Below, one piece after another: positions 13,073 through 24,294 of a DNA stretch of 64,000 nt. The position numbers and the translations under genes were made by a program. The stretch covers positions 135,532,001 through 135,596,000 of the forward strand of contig OZ360221.1 in NCBI GenBank assembly GCA_977017645.1, read 5' to 3'. The DNA comes from Torpedo marmorata. Its lineage: Eukaryota. Every line of letters begins with the position of its first letter. Within the stretch, counting starts at the first letter, position 1. The notes beneath the pieces were generated by a model. That model saw nothing but the letters and a program-made list of their open reading frames with translations, made no database searches and was not told the DNA's origin.

Positions 13073-13465
13073 TAATTAGTGTGTCACACAGTCACCTTGT
13101 ACTGCAGCATATGACACATCACATCTGCACTGATCATTTTGCCCTTCTACTCCAATCCAATTTGCCAGCATTAAGATTGTATCCTTCAATGCTCGACAAC
13201 TTGTGTCTTGTCCGATTGTACTGGATTCTGTCTTCTCCTCTGGCAGCACATTGCAGCTGTCAATCCTTATCCTCAAATCCCCTTGAAAACTCTTACCTCT
13301 CATCTTAAACCTATACCTGTCGTATTGTAAAAAAGTTTTTGACAGTCTACCCTTCCTACGTCTCTCAAAATCTTTTATACTTCTTTCAGGTGCCACTCCT
13401 CAGCCTCCTTTGCTCCAGGAAAAACAAATCCAGCCTTTCCATTCTCTTCACAATGGCACAGTTAG

Positions 13466-14148
13466 TCAAGTCAAGTGTATTTGCCATCTGATTGTATGAG
13501 TACAACCCGACGAAACAGCGTAACCTGGTCCTCGGTGCAAAACATGCAGACACACAACCAGACATAACACACATATAGACAAACAGTACATATGCAGGAC
13601 AAGTATTTCATCAATACAAATAAATAAATAAATATTGCTTTGTACATATGAAAGCCTTGGATGGTTAGTGTGAGCAGTTCCTTTGGGTGTTCAGTATTCT
13701 CACTGCCCGTGGGAAGAAGCTGTTCCTCAGCCTGGTGGTGTTAGCTCTGATACTCCTGTATCTCTTCCCCGATGGGAGCAGCTGAAAGATGCTCAGTGCA
13801 GGGTGGAAGGGGTCCTCAACAATTATACGCACCCTCTTCAGACAATGATCCCGGTAGATCACATCGATGGTCGGGGGGGGGGGGGACGGAGTCTCCAGTG
13901 ATCTTCTCTGCCACTCTTGTGGTCTGATGGATTGACCTCTGATCCATTTCTCTGCAGCAACCGTACCACACTGTGATGCAGCCGGCTAGGACGCACTCAA
14001 TAGAGCTCCTATAGAAGTCTGACATAATGGTGGCCGGTAGCCTTGCCCACTTCAGTCTTCTCAGGAAATGCAGTCGCTGTTGCGCCTTCCTGCAAGTGAG
14101 ATGTTGAGTGTCCACGATAGGTCACTAGTTAAGTGAACTCCAAGGAAC
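13466..14148 (-). mobile_element. Rex1/Babar-type LINE 3' fragment
   Basis: ORFs 13816-14115 and 13665-13862 (KAQQRLHFLRRL, DPFHPA..LLPSGKRYRS), with a (TCAAG)n tail. Confidence 0.8.
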
Positions 14149-14385
14149 AAGTTAGCGCAGCTGTTAGTGGAGTGCAATTACAGCCCAGCAGCCCGGGTTA
14201 GAATCTGATGCTGTGTGTAAGAGGTTTGCACGTTCTCCCCGTAACCTGTGTGGTTTTTTTTACAGGTGCTCCGGTTTCCTCCCACCCTCCAAAAACATAC
14301 AGGGTTTGACAGGTTAATTGGGCGGCACGGGTTTCATAGGCTGGAGGGGCCTTCTAACGTGCTATATGATTTTAAAAAAAAAGTA
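14149..14385 (+). mobile_element. V-SINE (HE1-like)
   Basis: V-domain core GTTTGCACGTTCTCCCCG..GGTGCTCCGGTTTCCTCCCAC, a tRNA-like head and an A-rich end. Related copies at 44028 and 45916. Confidence 0.7.
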
Positions 14386-14549
14386 AAGTCAACATGCTAT
14401 GAATCTCCTTTGCAATCTTTCCAGTGGGGAAGCCCATGGTGAAAGTTGAAAACTAGTATGATCATTTTAAAATCAGCAGATGCTTAACCAGAACTCATGT
14501 AGGTCAGAGAAAATACACAGGTAATTAATGTGTTTTCCGATTCTTTACA

Positions 14550-16232
14550 ATAAGTCCTGGCACGACCTGCGGAAGGCCATCTCTGAAGCAAAGTGGCAAT
14601 TCCGGAGGAGGCTAGCGACAGACAGACATACACCAGCTATGGCAGGGAGTGCAGGCCATTACAGCCTACAGAGCGTGGGCAAACACTATAGACGGCTGTG
14701 ATGCTTCACTACCCGATGAGCTGAACACCTTCTATGCCCACTTTGAGAAGAAGAACCAAACAGTGCCTACTAGAATCCCTGAAAAGGCTGAGGACCCTGT
14801 GATATCTGTCTCTGAGGGTGACGTCAGAACATCATTCAAGAGGGTGAACCCTCGCAAGGCATCAGGCCCTGACGGCGTACTGGCAGGGTACTGAAAATCT
14901 GCGCCAACCAACTAGCCGGAGTGTTCACGGACATTTTCAACTTCTCATTGCAGCAGTCAGAGGTTCCCACCTGCTTCAAAAGGGCATCAATCATCCTGGT
15001 ACCCAAGAAGAGTAGTGTGAGCTGCCTCAATGACTACCGCCCAGTAGCACTAACTTCTACTGTGATGAAAAGCTTTGAGAGGCTGGCCATGGCCAGAATT
15101 AACATGTACCTAAGCAGAAATCTGGACCCACTGCAATTCGCCTATCGTCACAATCGCTCCACAGCATATGCAATATCACTGGCTCTCCACTCAGCTCTGG
15201 ATCACCTCGAAAACAGCAATTCATACATACGGCTGCTCTTCATCGACTACAGCTCGGCCTTGAATACCATTATTCCTTCAGTGCTGGTCAAGAAGCTACA
15301 AACTCTCGGCCTCTGTACCCCACTCTACAACTGGATCCTTGACTTTCTCATCGGAAGACCACAGTCAGTAGGAATTGGAAACAACGTCTCCTCCTCACTG
15401 ATTATCAACACAGGCACACCCCAAGGATGCATGCTTAGCCCACTGCTCTACTCGTTATACACCCATGACTGTGTGGCCAGGTACAATTCCAATACCACCT
15501 ACAAGTTTGCTGATGACACCACAGTTGTCGGCAGAATCACAAACGGCAATGAGGAAGCATACAGGAGGGAGATAGATCAGCTCGTTGAATGGTGTAACGA
15601 CAACAACCTTGCGCTCAACATCAGCAAAACCAAGGAAATGATTGTGGACTTCAGGAGGAAGTCAGGGGAATGTTTCCTCCATGTTGATGCAATCACAAAG
15701 AAAGCTCGCCAGCGGCTATACTTTGTGAGGTGTCTGAGGAGATTCGGTATGTCACCGAAGACTCCAGAAAACTTCTACAGATGTACCGTGGAGAGCATTC
15801 TGGCTGGTTGCATCACTGCCTGGTATGGAGGTACCAACTCTCAGGACAAGAATAAACTCCAGAGGGTTGTTAACTCGGCCTGTGACATCACAGGCACCAG
15901 ACTTCACTCCATCAAGTGTCTTAAAAAAGCAGCCTCTGTCCTCAAAGACCCCCACCACCCAGGCCATGCCCTCTTCACTCTGCTACCATTGGGAAAAAGG
16001 TACAGGAGCCTAAAGACGAGTACTCACCGGCACAAGGACGGCTTCTTCCCCGCTGCCATCAGATTCCTGAATAATCAATGAACCAAAGACACTGCCTTAC
16101 TTTTCGTGCACTATTATTTATCTTTTTTTATAGTAATGTCGTAAGATGGTTATAATATGAATGTTTGCACTATGATACTGCCGCAAAACACCGAATTTCA
16201 TGACTTGTTCATGACAATAAATTCTGATTCTG
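14550..16232 (+). mobile_element. 5'-truncated Rex1/Babar-type LINE with frameshift and internal deletions
   Basis: ORFs 14649-14894 and 14921-16081 are near-identical to 36082-38106 (YKFADDT). (ATTCTG)n tail. Confidence 0.9.
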
Positions 16233-16354
16233 AAATGGATGTCAAGTAGATAAGAAATAGTCAAGGACAACCAAATTAATGGCTTAGAGAAGAGAACCCA
16301 CTCGAGAGTAGTTTCCACCTCTGAGTGGATAGCTAAAAATGGAAGCAGGCTAGT

Positions 16355-17090
16355 GTGGTCCTGATAGAGGTGGGTAAGTTATTTCCATTGGTAGGGGAGA
16401 CCAGAACTGGGACATCGCCTCAAAATTCAGGGTAGTAGATTTAGGACAGAGATGAAGAGGAACTGCTTTTCCCAGAAGGTGGTGAATCTGTGGAATTCGC
16501 TGCCCATTGAAGAAGTGGAGACTACCTCAGTAAGTATATTTAAGACAAGGTTGGATAGATTTTTACATAATAAGGGAATTAAGGGATATGGGGAAAAGGC
16601 AGGTAGGTGGAAATGAGTCTATGATCCAGGGTCGGTGCCAAGGGGTGGGGGGGGCGGCATTCACGGGTATTGCCCCCTCCCCCAAGCGAGGTTCTGTGCC
16701 CCCCCCCCACATTGCTCGCTGTCAGACCCGCCCCCGCCACTTGTGTGCGTCAAGCATCATTAGCGTCTAGTTTTACGTACACGATACTCTCCACCTGCCC
16801 CTGTTACCAGCGCAGACTAGTGACTCTCGACGCAATAAAAGCAGCACTTTTGGCTGCTACCGTCCGAGGAGGTTTACGTCCATTCCGAAGGTAGTCCAGC
16901 AGCACCCCGCTGAGCGAGTTTATGACTGTCGGACTGTGCCACCCCCGTTACCCTAATGCCCCCCTCTAACACTCGTTCTGGTGCCGACCCTTCTATCATC
17001 AGATCAGCCATGATCTCATTAAACAGCGGAGGTGGCTTGACGGGTCAGATGGCCTACTCCTGCTCCTATTTCTTATGTTCTAACGTTCTT
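16355..17090 (+). mobile_element. CR1-type LINE 3' end, interrupted by a hAT MITE
   Basis: Encodes FRTEMKRNCFSQKVVNLWNSLP (CR1 C-terminal motif). The 3' UTR ends in a TTCTTATGTTC-type tail. Confidence 0.7.
16627..16992. mobile_element. Non-autonomous hAT MITE
   Basis: Ends CAGGGTCGGTGCCA and TGGTGCCGACCCTT. 8-bp TSD CTATGATC (16619-16626) and CTATCATC (16993-17000). Confidence 0.8.
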
Positions 17091-17935
17091 ATATTCATCA
17101 GATGGTTGATGGTGCACAGCTACAAAAGTGGATGACTTGTTCAACCATGTCAAAGGCTGCAATGAGGAGTTGAAGAGTGAGGAGAAAGAGATTACATTTG
17201 TCATTATTACTGGATGCCACAGGTAAATGTGATAAAAGGCATTTCAGGACTGTGTTGGGTGTGGAACTAGATTGGAGGTATTCAAACAAGTGCTTCCAGA
17301 AGTAAACAGTAAGTCTGCAGATGGTGGAAAACTGGAACAGTACACAAAGTGCTGGGGAACTGAGCAGGTCAGGCTGAATCCATGGAAAGAGATAGACCTC
17401 CTGAGTTCCTCCAGCATTATGTGTACATTTCCAGAGGTGATGGGCACAAATGTGGGAGATTACAAGGCGTTTGCCAGACTTAAAACTAAGAAATGTTACA
17501 AATTGATGGCGGTTCCTGAAATCCAATTCTGCAAGGTTCGATCCTTCCACACTTGATCTTTGAGATCCCCTGTAAATATCATGCAACACTATCAATACAA
17601 GGCAAAGATCAAGTTCTGAATTTGAAATTGATCACAAGATAGTTTAATAATTTTTTAAAATATCAAAACCCTTAAGTTTAATAAAACAATCTAACGTAAA
17701 GGTCATTACATTCTGCCAAACAAAACTAAGGGAAGATCAAATACCATATTATTTAAGGTTGTTCTAGTATTTAAATTGCATCTTTCTAGTAGGATCGGAT
17801 GTAATTCGCTCATGTATATGTAACATGTAACTTCGGCGATAATTGACGGATGTGGGGGAGGAGGTCACAAAGCAAAACCTTTTGCAACTTTTAGCTCACC
17901 AGAAGCCATTTCTAAGATTAGTCGAATGTCCTTAC

Positions 17936-18208
17936 TTTATAGGAGGCTGCCGCGAGCCCCGTGCCACTGAGGAAACACATCATCAAACGCTCTCTTTCCA
18001 GAAACTCTTCCAAGACCTTCTGATTCTCTGCCCTCTTCATGAACTGGACCCACTCGTCTGTTCGGAGGTTCAGCGACGAGATGACCCGCTGTGAATTGTA
18101 CTGCACCCTCATCGTCTGCTAGAATTGCCTCCTGCTGTCCCTTCTTTTCTTCGATTATTCTTTCCGCTTTTGGAGTTATTTTTTTTCGCAACTTCCAACA
18201 ACGTTCAT
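17936..18208 (-). pseudogene. DNAH11: DNAH11 exon 1, 5' part disrupted
   Basis: RVQYNSQRVISSLNLRTDEWVQFMKRAENQKVLEEFLE..GLAAASYK|GTAAGG resembles recalled human [48 protein letters not shown]. The phase-0 donor matches exon 2. The upstream ATG at 18208 is in frame but hits TAA at 18178-18176. Confidence 0.75.
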
Positions 18209-18733
18209 TTAAAACCCGTACCTAACTTTTATTTTACTTGCATCCGCCCCACTCTACACATGCCTCCGAACTGCGCAGCCTGGCAGCCCATGAACAATTC
18301 CACTCCACAGTCTCTCCCCGGAACAAACCAGTGCAGCCCAGGGTGGAAATTGCAATTTGTAAGTGTAAAAAAAAATCAGGTTACATAAAGCAAACAATGT
18401 GGACACATTGAACCAACAGGGGCAAACATGCCCACACGAGCGAAAGCTGAGTCTTTGCTGATAGAATCTATTGTTTAGATACAGTAATAGCCACACTAAT
18501 CATTCGCAGGATATTTTAAAATCAGAAAACGTTGAGTGATATTCGCTTTTTATTTCACAAATGTCCTGAGTTATTTAAAGTAACTCCCTCTCCTTCATAG
18601 TATCAAGGACGACGCTTCCACTCCAGTTTTATGGTTCTGAGGTGTCTAATGAAGTCAGTGTCCCACTGCAGAACCTTCTAGAGACAGTTGTAGAATTCAA
18701 AAGTAAACACGAAAATCTGTAGACACCGTGAAT

Positions 18734-18957
18734 GAAGTAAAAAACACAAAAGCTGGAGAACTCAGCAGGTCAAACAGTGTCTTTTATGTAGCAAAGGTAG
18801 AAATACATAACCGACGTTTCAGGCTTGAGCCCTTCTTCAAAGTAGATACTTTGAAGAAGGGCTCAAGCCTGAAACGTCGGTTATGTATTTCTACCTTTGC
18901 TACATAAAAGACACTGTTTGACCTGCTGAGTTCTCCAGCTTTTGTGTTTTTTACTTC
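18734..18957. repeat. Inverted repeat (111-bp arms, 2-nt spacer) of a short Penelope-derived element
   Basis: 18734-18844 reads as the reverse complement of 18847-18957, with no mismatch found by eye. The left copy extends unpaired to ~18699. Confidence 0.9.
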
Positions 18958-19385
18958 TAGAGACAGGGCTGGGTGGTTTGTGAGGTAATGCACTCCTGCT
19001 GCTCACATATGACTGCGGTGTGCCTGGCCTCACGTTTCTCAATACCATCCCACATGCTCCTTTTCCACTTTGGCCAGTCATGGGCAGGAGGTTCCCATAG
19101 TCAATGAGATTGTCTCATTTCTTCAAGGATGCTTTGAGTACACTTTGTATCTTTTTCTCTGTTGCCTGTTTATCTCTTTTCAAGATAGAGCTCAGAAGAA
19201 AGTATGCAAAAAAGATGATAAACGTTTTTTTCTAATATATTTTGGTGTAATGGGTCAAGTTTAAAGATACAAGTCATTACATGCCATTGCAAGTCTTATG
19301 TCAAACTCCATAGAATTATCTGAGAAATATTTCAAGGGTGTGTAGAACCAGTGAAATCGTGCACACTGAATGCCTAACTGGGGAG

Positions 19386-19923
19386 CAGGGGTGCAGTGCT
19401 AATTTTTTAGGTGCTGGAGCTCACCAAAAACGATCAAATATCCTAATGTTATTAGTGGTATTTTTCCCCTGCCAGCCACCAACCCCTCTCCCCATCCCCC
19501 ACCCCAACACCCGCTTCTGTAAAATCCCCTGTATTCAGAGTCGGCGTCAGAACAAATCTAATAGAGGGGCATTAGGGAAACAGCGGGGGGGGGGTAATAG
19601 GGTAATAGCGCCTATGGCAGAGGTGGCCAATGCGTCAAAATAAACGGCGACAAGGAGGTCGCTGGCTGCCATGTTGTATTTGGCGTTGTATAATTGAGAG
19701 CGAACGGAAGGACAAGGAAGGAGGATAAGTGTACCGGTCGTGGAAGAAACAGGTTCCTTGTATGTTCAGAATAGCGCTCAGCTGGGGGGGGGGGCATGAC
19801 GCTGACCTGGCCGCTGTTAAATTCCCCACTAGTTAAAATTCCTCGCTTGTTTATTTTGCCCTTTTTTTTTTACAGAGGTGCCGGAGCGGCGCTCCAGTGA
19901 GCTCCGGAAGCACTGCACCCCTG
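19386..19923. mobile_element. Non-autonomous hAT MITE
   Basis: 15-bp TIRs CAGGGGTGCAGTGCT / AGCACTGCACCCCTG. Exact 8-bp TSD CTGGGGAG (19378-19385, 19924-19931). Confidence 0.92.
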
Positions 19924-21037
19924 CTGGGGAGGAAAAACCTGAGTGGTCGGCTGCCATTAATTATTTATGTATTACTTTAAATTACAATAATGAAACATAG
20001 TATTCATCCATAATAATCCAATGGCAAATGATGTTGGAGAATTTCACACATGGTTTCTGACATACAAAGCAGTGAATATTACAAACAAGTCTGATGTCAT
20101 ATTTGTAATGTAAAGCGTTGAGATTCAGCTATTTCACCAAACATGTGACAAAGTTTTGTTAAACATTTCACTTAGAAATAGAAAACCTAGATCTAATCTG
20201 CATACTTATCGGGCTTTCAATGATTGGGCTATTAACACATAACAAATGGGGCTATTCAACATTGTAGAAGTTTGGCTAGCTGTTATGGATTGCATAAATT
20301 TATTTTCGATTGATATGATGAGGATCAATGCACCAAGTCATCAGGGGGATTGAGAGTTTCTGGGGAAAAAAAACTGTAAAAATGGTGTGGCTTACAGGAA
20401 CTTTTGCACCTTAATATCAATAAATCTGGAAATGTTAATAAGATCATGGAAGTGATGTAGAATGAAATACCCTGTGGAAGCAGTAACCATTTTTACAGCT
20501 GGTGCCACTAAAAGGCAGATGGTAAAGGATTGCTCCACCTGGAACCTCAGTAATGATCACATTAATGTTTGGATCATTGGAAACAAAGCATTGGAGGCAG
20601 AGAAACAATGCAAGATGGGCATACAGAGAAGGTGATGGAGTGAACAGCACAATAAGCTCCAATAACTCCAGAGGAAGGTCAGGGAGAGATAAACCACCAC
20701 AATCACAGATAAGATAAATGCTGCCAGCAGGGATCAAACTAGACTCCAAATAATTGTAGCAGAGGCAAGTGTCATGACTTTGATAGAGTTGCAAGGAGAC
20801 TGGATCTGTAGTGAAATTTCTTTATTGGGTATGACAAGCAGGCATGCTGGAATAATTACTCTGAACTCAAAGTAGCTTGAGGTTAAATATTCTTTCAAAA
20901 CAAACAGCTAGTGATTAAATACAGTTTCAATCATGACAATTACTTCAGGACTTTGGGTTTAGGCTAATGGCTCGCTGGATTTACATATTTAAAATGGGAG
21001 CACATCTAAACAGACAAGAGCACCTTGCATATAAAAA

Positions 21038-21280
21038 CAAAAGTAAAACATGAAAATCTGTAAACACTGTGGTTGAAGTAAAAAAAACACATGCTGGAGA
21101 AACTCAGCAGGTCAAACAGTGTATTTTATGTAGCAAAGGTAGAAATACATAACTGACGTTTTGGGCTTGAGCCCTAAAGTAAAAAACACAAATGCTGGAG
21201 AAACTCAGCAGGTCAAACAGTGTCTTTTATGTAGCAAAGTTAGAAATACATAACCGACGTTTTGGGCTTGAGCCCAAAAC
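21038..21280 (-). repeat. Tandem dimer of the same short Penelope-derived element
   Basis: Two direct ~100-bp copies of AAGTAAAAAA..GCTGGAGAAACTCAGCAGGTCAAACAGTGT..GACGTTTTGGGCTTGAGCCC. Confidence 0.85.
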
Positions 21281-22600
21281 ACCTTGGTTGGGATTCCAGA
21301 CACCCAAAACAACTTTCTTTTACCAGTGCATTCAGAGATGGCTCTCTCTACGGTGATGTTCATTCATGCAGCTATCTTGTCTTTGAATGAAGACTGGTGC
21401 TTGTTTGGATAAACTGGCTGCTATACCCTTCCCCTTAACTCCTGAATGATGTTACACATATAACATATGAAAAATATATGTTATGAATTGGGTAGATGAA
21501 CAAGTCAAGAATGGGCTTTGATAGCAGTGTCCAAATAGAAAAGAGAGAGCAACTGAATTGAAGAAGCCATTCCCTGTATCACTGAATTTTGGGCAAACAA
21601 AGGGTGCATATTAATTGATGAAACAGCTGAACCATTGAGGGAGACTTTGTCAGAAGGAACTCTTATTGAAATACAGATTATACAATTAAAGTCTAACAAT
21701 ATTACAGATTGGCTGATTTCCAGTCATATTATTTATATTAGTTATATTCCGCAATATATTTAACTCCTATTTTGATATATTTCTGAGAATACTCAGTCTT
21801 TGCATGAACACTGCAGCTCATATGGCCACCACCATCCCGAATTTCCCAAAATTTAAAAAAGTTTCCAACACCCTGGTAGGAGACAGCAGATTTCTTTCAT
21901 TAGATCACGTGAGCTGGGCTGAAACACTATTGTTACATAAACCCATGGGACACTATTAATAGTCCAGTAATGAATATATAAGTACTGTTGGTACACCGGA
22001 TAATATATCATGGAGCAAAATGAGGCACTTTACTCAAGTGCATTAAAAGTGCTTGAGTGATTTAGATACATTTCCATAAGCAATCATACACAGTACTTTG
22101 ATACTAAATGTTGGTTAATTGTACATGATGATTTATGTAATCTATTCTCGCTTATTGTGTGAGGAGACTACTGTATTCTCTGTGTGTTTTTGTACAGTCA
22201 GGTCAATGTGAGCCTGCGCAGGCGTGAATTCACTTGGTCAACACTGTTTAATGAATACAAAAAGCTGCAAGCAGTGCAGTTAACTTAATATAATGGAATT
22301 CAAATAGTGCAATAATGCTTTATTGAAATAGGAACTCTAACATCAGGGGGATTGAGAATTTCTGACGAAACCTGTATAAATGGTGTGGCTTTTGCAGTCA
22401 AGGTATTTTCTATGTATTTGGAAAATATCTGTTATATTGATCTCTTGATCACAGTTTTAGAAGTGATCACTAAGCAAAGATATGATCACAAAGATTGTAG
22501 TTAGTATTAACTATCATCAAAATTATCAATTCATGTAGATTGGCTGCAATCATTCAAAGGAGAATGGGCAGACTCTCCCCATCAGTCTCATTGTTTTATG

Positions 22601-22872
22601 CGAATAAAACATGATGGTCTACAGACACTGTAATTGAAGTAAAAACACAATGCTGGAGAAACTCGGCAGGTCAAACAGTGTACTTTATATAGCAAAGATA
22701 ATGATACATAACCAACGTTTCGGGCTTGAGCCCTTCATAAGGTACCTTTGATGAAGGGCTCATACCTTGATGAAGGGATCAAGCCTGAAACATTGGTTAT
22801 GTATCATTATCTTTGCTACATAAAGTAAACTCTTTGACCTGCTGAGTTTCTCCCGCATTGTGTTTTTTCTTC
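22601..22872. repeat. Imperfect fold-back of the same Penelope-derived element with duplicated TTGATGAAGGG centre
   Basis: Arm ~22636-22743 is the inverse of ~22763-22872. The centre contains TTGATGAAGGG twice. Confidence 0.85.
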
Positions 22873-22984
22873 GTTTTATGGTCCTGATGGTTAAAGTTGA
22901 TTTGCTTCCATTCCAGTTCTGAAAATTCTAAGGTGACCGATGAGCACAATCTGGGATCTGCAGATGTTACCACAGCTGGGCAAC

Positions 22985-23686
22985 AGAGAATATAGAACAG
23001 TACAGCACAGGAACAGGCCCTTCAGCCCACAATGTTCATACTGTACATGATGCCAATTTAACATTTTACATATCTGCCTGCACACAGACCATATCTGTCT
23101 ATTCCCTGTCTGTTTGTGTGCTGTCTAAATGCTTCTTAAATGTTGCCATTATATCTGCTTCCACCACTTCCCTGGCAGTGCATTTCAGGCACCTGCCACT
23201 CCATGTGTAAAACACTTTCCACGTAAATCTCCTCTAAACTTTCTCCCTTTCACCTTAAAGTTATGACCTCCAATTTTTGACATTTCTATCCTATCTATGC
23301 CTCTCATAATTTAGGGGAGACATTAGGAGTAAGTTACTTACACAGTGTGGGTGCCTGGAATGCCTTGCCAGGGATGGTGGTGGAGGCTGAAACATTAGGG
23401 GCATTTAAGAGACTTAGGCACATGGATGGAGGAAAAATAGAGGGTTACGGCGTAGGGAGGGTTGAGTATTTTTTAAGGAATATATGGGTCGGCACAACAT
23501 CGAGGGCCAAAGGGCCTGTACTGTGCTGTAGTGCTCTATGTTCTATGTTCTATCAGGCATCCTTCAGCCTCTGACACACCAGACAAAACAATCGAAGTTT
23601 ATCCAACTTCTTCTTATAGCTAATACTCTACATCCAGGCAGCATCCTGTTAAACCTCTGCACCATTTCTAAAGCCTCCACAGCCTT
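22985..23686 (-). mobile_element. CR1-type LINE 3' fragment (minus) with a nested plus-strand CR1 3' end (~23315-23553); continues at 35627-35945 after the BEL insertion
   Basis: (TAGAACA)-type tails occur in both orientations. ORF 35614-35796 (-) contains LEYCVQFWS. The sequence is continuous across the GCCTT TSD. Confidence 0.7.
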
Positions 23687-24294
23687 TGTAAGAGCCGTAG
23701 GCACAATAACTTACCTTGGTCGCGGTGCTCCGGTGCTTCGACGGGTTATGTAGGAGTCGCGATGTCTGTAGGCCGTCCTCGGCCTGTTCTGTGCTCTGCG
23801 CATGCGCTGGAGTGCCGACGGGCGCATGCGCAGTCTGGAATTGACGTCATTGTGTGCGGTGTATTGTGGGAGATGTAGTGTGCGCGGTGGAGCGTGCGCA
23901 ATGGAATAGGAGCGATGTGAGCATGCGCGAATCGGAAGGAATAGGATAAAGATGGCGACGTAGGAGGGTGAGTGAGATCGCCATATCTTTATTGACCGTT
24001 TCATAGCGTTTCATAGATAGTTTCATTGAACTTTTAAATTAGTTATTTTGTGGTTTAAAATCGTTTATTTGAACATCTAAATACAGTCTAAGGATTCATT
24101 TAAAGGAACTCATCATACATCGTTTTCAAGAACTGTTTATATTAAAGTGATTGAAGATTACTGCAAGTCACGTGTGTAAATAAAGTTTTTGAACATATTG
24201 GACTTTGTTGGTAAATTAATTGAAACGCGTCAAAGACAAGTATCTCACTTAGCCTCCAGGTGACTAAAGGTTGGATAGAAGTCACCATATTATA
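23687..24294 (+). repeat. 5' LTR of the BEL/Pao element
   Basis: Direct repeat of 35019-35626 (about 11 substitutions by eye). Starts TGT, ends TTATA, internal AATAAA. Confidence 0.93.
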
